From Candidatus Latescibacterota bacterium (GTDB lineage: Bacteria > Latescibacterota > UBA2968 > UBA8231): DNA of 64,000 nucleotides. This document shows, piece after piece, positions 27,646-37,189 of this stretch (positions are counted from its first letter, which is position 1; each line of letters begins with the position of its first letter). The stretch is taken from positions 2,848,001-2,912,000 of the forward strand of contig CBDFJF010000001.1 in assembly GCA_965248265.1 (NCBI GenBank), written 5' to 3'. Under the pieces are notes generated by a model that had not been told where the DNA came from, did no database searches, and saw nothing but the letters and a program-made list of their open reading frames with translations. The position numbers were made by a program, and so were the translations under genes.

Positions 27646-28472
27646 ACGAATGGAAGGCCCTTTATCTGAAGGAAATGCGTGAGCACCGGTCTGTGTTCGT
27701 CTTTTTGCTGGCTGTTACGGTCGTTACTGGCGTCGTGTCCGCGACCTCGGTTGGCTGGAACTCGGTCACATCGACTGTGTCGACAACCATGGACGGCGCG
27801 GGTCAATACGAGTGGTCGCCGCACATGCTGTGGGCGTTGGTCCCCTACATAATCGTCTTCATCCTGCCTTTCATGCTGACTCATTCCTTCGCGCAGGAGA
27901 TCAAGGGCCAGACACACTACTTGCTGTTGTCGTTGCCAGCCAGCCGCGTCGCTGTGTTTTTGTGCAAGATCACCGCGTTGGTATCGGTTGCTGTTGCCGT
28001 TTTCGTGTTGGCGACCGCGGCGACACACATTTTATACCTGCGCCTCGCGGAGCTGGCCGATATGTTCACCGGTTTGTCGATGACGAGAATTGCTCCGCAC
28101 CATCTATGGTTGCTCATCGGGGAGATCTATTTCGCGATGTTGTTTCTGCTGTTGGGAATCGCCAGCGGCATCGCCGGTCTTCGTCTCGTCGTCCGGCGCT
28201 TTCAGGGCCTGATGGCTGCCCTGTTCGTGGGCTGTGTCATTTACCTCTACGTTCGCCTGCTTTCTCCCGCCCGGGAGATTTTCGCCGGCTTGTTCGGCAC
28301 CTACCGGATTCCGCTGATCGAGGACTCTGGGGATTCAGGGTTTGCCATAGTTCGTATAGGCTGTGGCTCAGACATTGCGTCCGGCGTGGACGTTGCCATC
28401 TACACTGCCCTTTTCGGCATGGCCTTGATTGGTCTTGGCGTTTTCTTGTTCGACAGACGCGCTGAAGCCTGA
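27642..28472 (+). CDS. ABC-2-type permease
   Basis: Six TM segments; KE.RE start; E...T..LLLSLP.SR...L.K loop; GTGA overlap. Confidence 0.8.
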   Translation: MNEWKALYLKEMREHRSVFVFLLAVTVVTGVVSATSVGWNSVTSTVSTTMDGAGQYEWSPHMLWALVPYIIVFILPFMLTHSFAQEIKGQTHYLLLSLPASRVAVFLCKITALVSVAVAVFVLATAATHILYLRLAELADMFTGLSMTRIAPHHLWLLIGEIYFAMLFLLLGIASGIAGLRLVVRRFQGLMAALFVGCVIYLYVRLLSPAREIFAGLFGTYRIPLIEDSGDSGFAIVRIGCGSDIASGVDVAIYTALFGMALIGLGVFLFDRRAEA

Positions 28473-28544
28473 ACCCTGCGTTGTCAGCCCGTTCTCATCG
28501 ATCGACGACTGTTTTCCGGGGGCCGCCAGGATGCGGCCTGGCCC

Positions 28545-29645
28545 TTAGGAAACGCTCAGGCGGACCCAGCGCGTGTGGGTAACGCCATCGATCGTACACC
28601 AGAAGTAGGTGAGCAAATCCCCATCCGACAGTAACACCCCTCCAGGTCTTCCGAAGGCGATGAGCATGTGTTCGGCCAGGAAATTCTCGTGGTCGGGTTT
28701 GCCCAGGGTGGCCTCGGCGGCGGCATCGAAAACGACCACTTCGTTCTCAGTATCGTAGTTCGCCAGGTCTTCAGTAAGGGCGACGTGAATGCCCTGCGGA
28801 TCGTGGCGGAAGTTGTAGATGGCGGCCACGCGGCCGTCGGACAGCGGGATCGGCGTACAGTTCTGACCGCGCAGGTTGGTCGGTTCAGGATTCGTCCAGG
28901 TGCGGGCTTGATCCTCCGATATCATCCAGTGGTTGTTGAGATCTTCGGAGGTTCCATACCTGTGGGTCCATATGAGGGTGTAGATGCGTCCATCCGGCAT
29001 CACACTGTTCCTCTGATCCCACCACAGCATCTTCCCCGTGGGATCGTCGGCGAACACGGTGAACTCCCCCCACGTCACCCCCTGATCTGCTGAGAAGACG
29101 GCCGCTGCCTTCTGATCAGGCCGTCCCTCGTAGCCCTCCGGTTTCCAGGTTTCCAGCGGGTACATCCAGCGTTGCGGCGTCAGTTGGCGCAGGGCGCCGG
29201 AACTGTTCCAGGTATAGCGCTCAGGTGGCAGGTCGACGGGCACAACCTGGGGTGCCGACCAGGTGGCGCCGTTGTCCTGCGACCAGTGCAGGACCATCTC
29301 CGGACGCTGTAGCCCTTCGGAATCCGGATTGAACAGCACCCCGCCCATCTCGAAGCGGGTCGCCGTCATCACCAGGCGGCCATCGGGAACGACACCGATC
29401 TGCGGACCTCGATAGGTGAATCCGTCCTGAGGCATCCCGCCTCCGGCGTGGATGCTGCCTTGATTGGTCCAGGTGCTAAGGTCTGGGCTGTGCAGAACCT
29501 CAATATGGTTGTCGGGTGAGCCCAGGCTCTCGCCCACGTGCTGGGCGGCGATAAAGGTGCCGTCCGGCAGAGGTGTGATGTAGGCCATGTAGGCTCCGCG
29601 GCCCTGCTGGTGCGAGATGATTCCACCATCGACGATCTTCAGCAT
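28545..29645 (-). CDS. BNR/Asp-box sialidase-like protein (no signal peptide)
   Basis: Asp-boxes SQDNGATW, SADQGVTW, SEDQARTW. Confidence 0.8.
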   Translation of the reverse strand: MLKIVDGGIISHQQGRGAYMAYITPLPDGTFIAAQHVGESLGSPDNHIEVLHSPDLSTWTNQGSIHAGGGMPQDGFTYRGPQIGVVPDGRLVMTATRFEMGGVLFNPDSEGLQRPEMVLHWSQDNGATWSAPQVVPVDLPPERYTWNSSGALRQLTPQRWMYPLETWKPEGYEGRPDQKAAAVFSADQGVTWGEFTVFADDPTGKMLWWDQRNSVMPDGRIYTLIWTHRYGTSEDLNNHWMISEDQARTWTNPEPTNLRGQNCTPIPLSDGRVAAIYNFRHDPQGIHVALTEDLANYDTENEVVVFDAAAEATLGKPDHENFLAEHMLIAFGRPGGVLLSDGDLLTYFWCTIDGVTHTRWVRLSVS

Positions 29646-29687
29646 GTCCAGTTCTCGCTTTCTCTATGACTCATTGATGACCGAAAC

Positions 29688-31877
29688 TCATCGAAAGCAG
29701 CGCAGCTTGCCCTCCCAAGTCGCCACGCAAAGACCTCCGTTGTCCAACACCACGGGTGCGGCCGTGATCGGCGCCTCGAATCCGGTACCTGCTTCGCATT
29801 CTCCGGTCTCCTTGTTCAGCAAATACAGCATGGCGTCGAGACCGCACACGGCCAGGCGCTCTCCGTATAGAACGGGTGGCGCCAGCACCGTGCTGATGCC
29901 GCGGTGCTGGGCGGCCATGTCCAGCACGTTGGGTCCCGATTTGAAGCGCCACAACACCTCGCCCGCATCGAGCTGGCAAGCGATAACGCTGCCGCCGCAG
30001 GATCCGGCGTAGATGCGCCCATCGTTGACGGTGATTCCGGTGACATAGTTGTAGTCGAAGTCTGTCTCTTCCAGGACGCGCTTGTTCCACATATCCTCGC
30101 CGTCGCGCGCGTCAACGGCCAGCATGTAATCGGACTCGCCACTGCTGATGATGCGGTCGCCGACGAGGACGGGTGCCGCCCAGTAGTCCTGGCAGTTGGG
30201 CAGTGGTCTCTCCCATACTATGCGGCCGTCGTCGCGACGCATGGCCACCAAACCGCGGCGTGAAACCAGTGAGATCAACAAATCTTCGAACACCATCGGC
30301 TTGTAGTAGGCGCCCCATTTGTCGCCGATGTGGTCGGCCATCAGATCCAGGGTGCCGCTGAAGCGCCGGAACCACAGCTCCTCACCCGTGGCGATATCGT
30401 GCGCTCCGTACCCGGACTTGGCGCCGACGTAGACGACTCCGTCAGCGACCGTGGGTGAAGTCGCCGTCCAGCGCTCTGGGAAGCCGTGCGTATCGACCTG
30501 CCAAACGGTGTCACCCGTGGCCGCATCCAACCGTGACAGGCGTCCGCAGAAGGACAGGCTGAAAATCCCGCCGTCCGGGGAAGTGGCAACGCTGTTGCGG
30601 ATGGCCGAGTCCGTGTTCGTGCACCAGACCATCGATCCCTCGCTTTGACGCACGCGGCAGACACCGCCGTTGGCACCCTCGTCCTCGTCCTGCATGCTGA
30701 TGATCAGGTCCTCCTCGTACACGACCGGTGCGGCACGATGCACATGAGCTGGCAGCTCGGTCTCCCAGGCCAGTTTCAAACCAGAGGAAGCGGGACCGGT
30801 GCTGAGGATGGCCGGCGCCGGCGTCGTTACCTTGCGTCCGCCGACGGAGCGCAGCTTCACCTCCAACCGATCACCATCGAAATGCAGCGCTCTGTACCCT
30901 CTGGGATTGGTCTCGAGTCCACCCCAGCCGAGCGCCGGGGTCGATGCCACCAGGATATCGCGGTAACTGAATACCTTGCTGGAGTGGGTGTGACCGTGCA
31001 GGACCAGGCGGACGTCATACTCGGCCAACTGGTCCAGCCACTCCCGCCTCGGGGGCATGTGGGTGCCGATGACGATGGGCCGGCCCTGCGGCTGTCGTGC
31101 CAGATCCGCCGCCAACCAGCGCTCCTTGCGGATCTGATCGTACAGCGAGAACGCGTAGTGCTCGTTGGGGTAGATGGTGAAATGCCAGTCGCCGTAGTCG
31201 AAGCTGTAGTGCGTCGGACCGACGATGGTTTCGAAGTAACCGGTCACAGTTTTGCCGAGGGCACTGTCGGTGAACCAGCCGCGGATCTCACCGCCGGGCT
31301 CCGCTGGCTCGTCGGGTTTGCGGTGAAGGAGGTCATTGGCATCATGGGTGCCGAAGCCGGAGTAGATCCTCAGGTCGCATGCATCAATCACCGAGTGGTA
31401 GGCTTTCAATTCAGCGGTCGATCCGTTCTCGGTCAGATCACCGGTGGCGATGACGAAATCCGGGGCCAGATCGTCCTCGACGGCCTGCAGGCCATCGCGC
31501 AGGGTTTCGGGCAGCACGAAGCCGTCGCGCAGCTTTCCCCCTTTGGCGTCCTCTGGAACCTGGACATGCAGATCGGTAATGTGGGCAACCGCGAACTTCG
31601 ATGAAGCGGACTCATGCCGTTGAAGCGTGAAGGTATGGCCGCCCTCGTCGGCGAATTGCAGGCGCCGGTAGTGGCCATCGCTGGTACTGGAATATCCTTG
31701 TGGGACCGTGATCGTCAGAAAGCGGTGAACGCCGGCGCGAACCTCGATCTCATACTGGCCGCTGTCGTTCGTGCATTCGATGAGCTCACCGTTGGCAACC
31801 GCAACTCCGGTGACCCCCTTGCCTTGGGTGTCGACGACGGAACCTGTCAGATGGATTATCTTGCCGAACTCAGCCAT
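29688..31877 (-). CDS. Calcineurin-like metallophosphoesterase fused to a PQQ/BamB-type beta-propeller
   Basis: TDLH, TGDL, GTHD, HGHTH; repeated DA.TG..W propeller motifs. Confidence 0.85.
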   Translation of the reverse strand: MAEFGKIIHLTGSVVDTQGKGVTGVAVANGELIECTNDSGQYEIEVRAGVHRFLTITVPQGYSSTSDGHYRRLQFADEGGHTFTLQRHESASSKFAVAHITDLHVQVPEDAKGGKLRDGFVLPETLRDGLQAVEDDLAPDFVIATGDLTENGSTAELKAYHSVIDACDLRIYSGFGTHDANDLLHRKPDEPAEPGGEIRGWFTDSALGKTVTGYFETIVGPTHYSFDYGDWHFTIYPNEHYAFSLYDQIRKERWLAADLARQPQGRPIVIGTHMPPRREWLDQLAEYDVRLVLHGHTHSSKVFSYRDILVASTPALGWGGLETNPRGYRALHFDGDRLEVKLRSVGGRKVTTPAPAILSTGPASSGLKLAWETELPAHVHRAAPVVYEEDLIISMQDEDEGANGGVCRVRQSEGSMVWCTNTDSAIRNSVATSPDGGIFSLSFCGRLSRLDAATGDTVWQVDTHGFPERWTATSPTVADGVVYVGAKSGYGAHDIATGEELWFRRFSGTLDLMADHIGDKWGAYYKPMVFEDLLISLVSRRGLVAMRRDDGRIVWERPLPNCQDYWAAPVLVGDRIISSGESDYMLAVDARDGEDMWNKRVLEETDFDYNYVTGITVNDGRIYAGSCGGSVIACQLDAGEVLWRFKSGPNVLDMAAQHRGISTVLAPPVLYGERLAVCGLDAMLYLLNKETGECEAGTGFEAPITAAPVVLDNGGLCVATWEGKLRCFR

Positions 31878-31953
31878 TCAAAAACTCTCCTGAAAGCACG
31901 CTGGCTATCGTTGGGATTGGCATGCGTTGACGGCATGCGCCTCGGCCAGCGGG

Positions 31954-33579
31954 TCATCCGCCTCCATCACGAGCCCAGGCCAGCCCATAATCACCTCTGG
32001 GATCGGACGACGCATCCAGCTGACCGTCAGCCCCAATGGTCACCAACTGCACCAGCGGCCGGCGCGCGAACGGGCTCGGATAACGGACGATGTCATGCCC
32101 CTTGGCCGCCAGTGCCTCTAGTACATCAGAGCGCACCCCGCCTTCTGCCCACACAGTTGAGCCCTCCCCGTACAGGCGCGGAGCCAGCACGGCTGTCGCC
32201 GCCGGCATGCCGAAATCGACGACGTTGGAAAACACCTGCGCCATGCCACCGAGAATGGTGTTGCCGCCGGGCGCCCCGAAGGCGACGGCGGGGGCACCAT
32301 CTTTGAAGGCAATGGCCGGCATCATCAGATGCAGTCTGGCTTTGCCGGGCGCGAAAGAGCTCGCTCTGCCCGGCTGTGGATCGAAGCGGTTCATACCATT
32401 GTTGTACACGAACCCGAGTCCGGGGGTGACGACACCGGAATGATTGCCCAGGGTGTGGGTGATCGATGCCACGTTGCCGGCGGCATCAACGAGAGTCAGG
32501 TGAGTCGTGTCCGTTTCCTCGGCGGGTGGTGGTTTGGCGCCGACGGCGCCCTCGCCCACCAACTGGCGCAAGGTGTCGGCACGTTGCCTCGATAGCAGCA
32601 CCTCGCCCGACCCTTCGCCGATCACTTCCGGGTCACCGAGGTAACTACGGCGATCCTCGTTGACCAACTGTAGCGTCGAAGCCAGGATGCTTGCGTATTC
32701 GACGCCGCTGTGTTCCATCGAGCCCAGGTTCGATCCGTCCAGCGTGTTGAGAACCTCGATCAGCAGCGGTCCGCCACCGGGTGGGCCGTCGGAGAACACC
32801 TCGTATTCGCCGTAGTTACCCTTCTTGGGGGCATAGGTCTTGGCCTGCATGGCACGCATGTCGTCGTCGGTGACGAAACCGCCGTTGGCCTGAATGTCGC
32901 CGGCGACTTCACGGGCCAGGTCCCCCTCGTAGAACTCTCGCGGCCCCTTCGTGGCCACGCGTTCCAGGGAGTCGGCATAGTCCGGGTTGCGCAGCACCTC
33001 CCCCTCCTCCAATGGTGTGCCGTCTTCTGTCAGAAAGATCGCTGCGCAGGCATCGGTAGTGGTGATACGCGTGTGGAAATCCGGTTCGTGCCCGTCGCCG
33101 CGAGTGTCCCGCATGCGGGCTGCCATGTCCGTACTGACCGTGAAGCCCTGCTTCGCCGTGCGGATGGCCGGCTGCAGCAGCTCCGACCATGCCATAGTAG
33201 CGAAGCGCTCGTACATGGCCGCGAATCCTGCCACGGTTCCAGGGGTGCAGATGGACGTATGCCCGATCGTGCTCCGGTGATCGTCGAATATGCTGGATCC
33301 GGAAACGTCCGCCTCGCCCAGATGGTCCTGAACCCACATGTCCTCGCTCACCAGTGAACCGGCGCGCATGTAGCCGTCGACGATGACGTGCTCGCGTTTT
33401 TCCGCCGAATACAGATTAGCCGACATCATGCCGCCCAGGCCGCAGCTGAACGGCAGTACTATCATTTGGGTGAAAGCGGTCGCTATCGCGGCATCGAACG
33501 CATTGCCACCAGCTTCGAGCACCATTGCGCCCTGTTCCGCTGCGTGGGGATGAACGCAAACCACCACTCCCGTGTTCAT
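31954..33579 (-). CDS. ggt: Gamma-glutamyltransferase-family protein
   Basis: GGNAFDAAIA, PGTVAG, autoprocessing TTH, GAPGG, SDPR. Confidence 0.88.
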   Translation of the reverse strand: MNTGVVVCVHPHAAEQGAMVLEAGGNAFDAAIATAFTQMIVLPFSCGLGGMMSANLYSAEKREHVIVDGYMRAGSLVSEDMWVQDHLGEADVSGSSIFDDHRSTIGHTSICTPGTVAGFAAMYERFATMAWSELLQPAIRTAKQGFTVSTDMAARMRDTRGDGHEPDFHTRITTTDACAAIFLTEDGTPLEEGEVLRNPDYADSLERVATKGPREFYEGDLAREVAGDIQANGGFVTDDDMRAMQAKTYAPKKGNYGEYEVFSDGPPGGGPLLIEVLNTLDGSNLGSMEHSGVEYASILASTLQLVNEDRRSYLGDPEVIGEGSGEVLLSRQRADTLRQLVGEGAVGAKPPPAEETDTTHLTLVDAAGNVASITHTLGNHSGVVTPGLGFVYNNGMNRFDPQPGRASSFAPGKARLHLMMPAIAFKDGAPAVAFGAPGGNTILGGMAQVFSNVVDFGMPAATAVLAPRLYGEGSTVWAEGGVRSDVLEALAAKGHDIVRYPSPFARRPLVQLVTIGADGQLDASSDPRGDYGLAWARDGGG

Positions 33580-33765
33580 TGCCGAAAACCCCGATTCGGT
33601 TGGAACGCCCGTTGGCCTGGGCACGTGACGTGTCTATCTCAGTTGAGCGTTGACGTGTCGTCGTGCACAAGCGTTAGTCTGTGGCTGAATTTGGCGCATC
33701 TGCCGCATCAATGCACATGCCCCGTGCACGTACCCATGCCCATCCATTGTGGAGGCAGGCTCTCA

Positions 33766-34962
33766 GTGAACCCGAACACCCACCCATTGGCCCAGGGCTT
33801 CGCCGTCGCCCTGCAGGTCCCCGATCACACCCGCTTCTTCTTCCACGACCCGAACATGGGGCGGCTGGATGACGGGACCCTCTTCATCGCAGCCCCGCAG
33901 TGGCCGCGCGACCGTGACCAGCCGGACTACCTGTTGAGGATCACACGCTCCAGAGATGGCGGCCAGACCTGGGAGGAGCTGCCCGGCCTGCCGTACCAGG
34001 AGGGCATCCCATTCGTCCTGGACAACCAGCTGCTCATGTTCGTCCAGGAAAAAAGCCACCGCGATGTGCAGATCGTCGCCAGCGATGATGACGGGGCCAC
34101 CTGGACCGATCCCGTCACCGTCATCGAGGGTCCGCTGTGGAATATTTCGACGGCCCGCCTGGTGCGCTCAGACTCCGTGTTCTGGGCCATGGATTACGAT
34201 ATGCCGAAACGCATGTACTCAGGCAAGGTCATGATTCGTCTGGACCGCGGTCAATCCGCACTCGATCCGCAGGCCTGGAGCCTGTCCAATATCGTGGACC
34301 CTCCGGAGCTTCCCGACCTGCTCACGCGCGGCCTCTATCCGCACGGAAACACCCCCGACCTGACGACCAGCTGGTCGAACAAGCTCGTCCTGCTCGAACC
34401 CAACACCGTCGACGTCAACGGCCGCATCCGTGTCTTCACGCGGGCCATCATCGACGAGTACGCCACCGCGCACATGGCGGCCGTGTACGACTACGACGAA
34501 GAGGCCAACGAGCTGACCTTCACCCAGCTGGCCGCCTGGCCGGGCGCGCAATGCAAGTTCTTCGTTGTTCCGGATGAAGAGCGCGCCATGTACTGGATGC
34601 TCAGTAATCTCGTCACGAATTCACAAGATCTGTTGGGGTGGGGTAGCCGCATGCGCGAAACAGGCTACCACGGTGGACCGGGGAACGAACGCCGCTGGCT
34701 CTTCCTCCATTACAGCATCGACTGTCTCAACTGGTTTCCGGCCGGTTGCGTGGCATGCTGGCCGAACGAGCCGAAGCGCAGCTTCATGTACCCGAGTGCC
34801 GTCGTCGACGGCGAGGATCTGGTCGTTCTCTCGCGCACGAGCCGCGACTCCGGCGATCAGCATGACGCCGACCTGTGCACGATCCACCGGGTTGAGAGCT
34901 TCCGCGACCTCGCCATGGATCTGCACGCCGGCGGATTGCACGAACACGAGAGACGATCATGA
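33766..34962 (+). CDS. BNR/Asp-box sialidase-like protein
   Basis: SRDGGQTW, SDDDGATW, YSIDCLNW; GTG start after ggagg. Confidence 0.72.
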   Translation: MNPNTHPLAQGFAVALQVPDHTRFFFHDPNMGRLDDGTLFIAAPQWPRDRDQPDYLLRITRSRDGGQTWEELPGLPYQEGIPFVLDNQLLMFVQEKSHRDVQIVASDDDGATWTDPVTVIEGPLWNISTARLVRSDSVFWAMDYDMPKRMYSGKVMIRLDRGQSALDPQAWSLSNIVDPPELPDLLTRGLYPHGNTPDLTTSWSNKLVLLEPNTVDVNGRIRVFTRAIIDEYATAHMAAVYDYDEEANELTFTQLAAWPGAQCKFFVVPDEERAMYWMLSNLVTNSQDLLGWGSRMRETGYHGGPGNERRWLFLHYSIDCLNWFPAGCVACWPNEPKRSFMYPSAVVDGEDLVVLSRTSRDSGDQHDADLCTIHRVESFRDLAMDLHAGGLHEHERRS

Positions 34963-36344
34963 ATGACCTCCTCTCTCGCTCCGCAACCGCCCAGGCCGCG
35001 GCCATCGTGCAGCAGTCGGTATCTGCCGAGGAGCTGGTGAGCGCTCACCTCGAACGCATCGAAGAAGTCAATGACAGACTGAACGCCGTCGTCCAGTTGC
35101 GGGCAGAGGCCGCGTTGGACGAAGCCCGTGCCGCGGATGCCGACCTAGCGCGCGGTCACCTGCGTGGCCCCCTGCACGGTGTGCCGATGACGATCAAGGA
35201 CTCCATCGACACGGCCGGCGTCATCACCTCAGCCGGCACCCTGGGACGGGCCTCCTTCATCCCCGATCGAGATGCTACCGTTGTAGCCCGCCTCCGTGAA
35301 GCCGGCGCCATTCTCCTGGGTAAAACCAACACGCCTGAGTTCACCTTGGGGGGAGAGACCGACAATCTCGTCTACGGTCGCACCAACAATCCCTACGATC
35401 TCGACTGCACACCCGGAGGCAGCAGCGGTGGTGCCGGTGCCATTGTCGCCGCCTGCGGTGCAGCGTTCGATGTGGGCAGCGATACCGGAGGCAGTGTGCG
35501 GTTGCCTGCCCATTACTGCGGCATCTCCGGCTTGAAGCCCACTTCGGGACGTGTGCCAAGCAGTGGACATGCCGTTGGCTGTGATCTGGGGCCGCTGAAT
35601 CCGCTGACGCAACTGGGCCCCCTCACCCGCGACGTCGAGGACCTCCAGCTAATCCTGTCGGTTATTGCAGGTACTGACGGGCGTGATCCCTTTGTGGTGC
35701 CGATGCCGTTGGGCGATCCGGAAACCGTCGAGCTCAACGGATTGCGCGCTGCCGTGTGCACGGACAACGGCATCGTTACTCCGGATGCCGAAGTAACTCG
35801 GGCCGTCCACAAGGCTGCCAGAGCATTATCTGAGATTGATGTCACAACAGAAGATGCATGGCCCTCACAAGCCACGGAGTCGACGCGGATATGGCACGCC
35901 GTCCTCGTCGCCGATGGGGGCGCCTGGGTTCGCCGGCTCCTCGCCGGGGCCGGCACCGCGGAGGCGCATCCGATGGTCGCTGACCGGTTCTTCGGGACAG
36001 ATCCGATCTCTGCTCCCGAATTCACCGAACTGCTGAGTGATTGGGACCGGCTGCGCAGTGCCATGTTCGAGTTCATGGCCGGCTACGACATCATCATCAG
36101 TCCGCCCAGTGCGTACCCGGCGGCGCCGCACGGAGAGCTCAACGCCAAAGGGGACGGACACACCTATGCCCGCATCTTCAACCTCACCGGCTGGCCGGCC
36201 GTCGTCGTCCGGGGGGGAACTTCGCCGGAGGGCCTGCCGATCGGGGTGCAGGTCGCCGCACGGCCCTGGCGTGAGGATGTTGCCCTGGCCGTGGCCGCTC
36301 ACCTGGAAAAAGCCCTCGGCGGGTGGCAACCCCCGCCGCTGTAG
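34959..36344 (+). CDS. Amidase-signature family enzyme
   Basis: GPLHGVP..IKD, PGGSSGG, GSDTGGSVR. Confidence 0.93.
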   Translation: MNDLLSRSATAQAAAIVQQSVSAEELVSAHLERIEEVNDRLNAVVQLRAEAALDEARAADADLARGHLRGPLHGVPMTIKDSIDTAGVITSAGTLGRASFIPDRDATVVARLREAGAILLGKTNTPEFTLGGETDNLVYGRTNNPYDLDCTPGGSSGGAGAIVAACGAAFDVGSDTGGSVRLPAHYCGISGLKPTSGRVPSSGHAVGCDLGPLNPLTQLGPLTRDVEDLQLILSVIAGTDGRDPFVVPMPLGDPETVELNGLRAAVCTDNGIVTPDAEVTRAVHKAARALSEIDVTTEDAWPSQATESTRIWHAVLVADGGAWVRRLLAGAGTAEAHPMVADRFFGTDPISAPEFTELLSDWDRLRSAMFEFMAGYDIIISPPSAYPAAPHGELNAKGDGHTYARIFNLTGWPAVVVRGGTSPEGLPIGVQVAARPWREDVALAVAAHLEKALGGWQPPPL

Positions 36345-36358
36345 GCACGTGACGCTGC

Positions 36359-37177
36359 TTACCCGCCGTAAACCTTCGCCGTCACGTCCCGCAGGTGAGC
36401 GATGGACATGCGTATGCAGTCTTCGTAGCTCGACTTGTTTCCCTGACCTTCGAAGCAGATGCACAGGGCACCGTTGTAGCCGACGGCGTGCAGGATGCGC
36501 AGAATGCGCTCGTGATCCAGCCATATTTCCTTGCCGGTATCGATCTTGTAGATCTTCGAGCGCACGGAACTGGCATGCGGGGCGGTCTGGGTCATGTACT
36601 GGTAGATGTCGACATCCGGGTCGAACTCGCCGCGCGGATCCGCGCCGATCGAACCCCACCATTGACCGGTGTCCATGATGTGGGTCGCGTTGTCCCGGTT
36701 CACCATCTCCAGCATGCGCAGGATGTCCTCGCCGCGCGGCGCGGCCGGCGGTGGGTGATTCTGCAGGCCGATGAAGATGCCGCGTTCGGCCGCATAGTCG
36801 GCGACTTGCTGGAACGCCGCCGCACTCCGGGTCCATGTCGATTCGGGATCCGGATCGTCGAGCTTGGGACAGCCGCTCATCAGGCGAATCAAGGGTGCTC
36901 CGAGAAACACGGCCGCATCCACGTCTCTCTTGTCGTTCTCGACCCTGGTCGCGATCTCTTCATCGGTTCCTGTATAGCCACCACCCGAACCGAGATAGCC
37001 GATTGGCAGTCCGGCCCACAGTGCCATCTGCTTGATCGCCATCAGGCCTTTCGGGTCTCGCGGGAAACCGCCCACGTGGAAATCAATCATGTCCAGTCCC
37101 AGCCGCCTGGCAAAGTCGACCTGCCATTCCAGGGATGAGTCGGGCCGTTCGCGTGCCTGCATACTGATCTTCAACAT
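36359..37177 (-). CDS. Sugar-phosphate isomerase/epimerase TIM barrel
   Basis: IGLQNH, MDTGQW, GYNG..CICFEG. Confidence 0.8.
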   Translation of the reverse strand: MLKISMQARERPDSSLEWQVDFARRLGLDMIDFHVGGFPRDPKGLMAIKQMALWAGLPIGYLGSGGGYTGTDEEIATRVENDKRDVDAAVFLGAPLIRLMSGCPKLDDPDPESTWTRSAAAFQQVADYAAERGIFIGLQNHPPPAAPRGEDILRMLEMVNRDNATHIMDTGQWWGSIGADPRGEFDPDVDIYQYMTQTAPHASSVRSKIYKIDTGKEIWLDHERILRILHAVGYNGALCICFEGQGNKSSYEDCIRMSIAHLRDVTAKVYGG

Positions 37178-37189
37178 GGTTGTCCCTTT

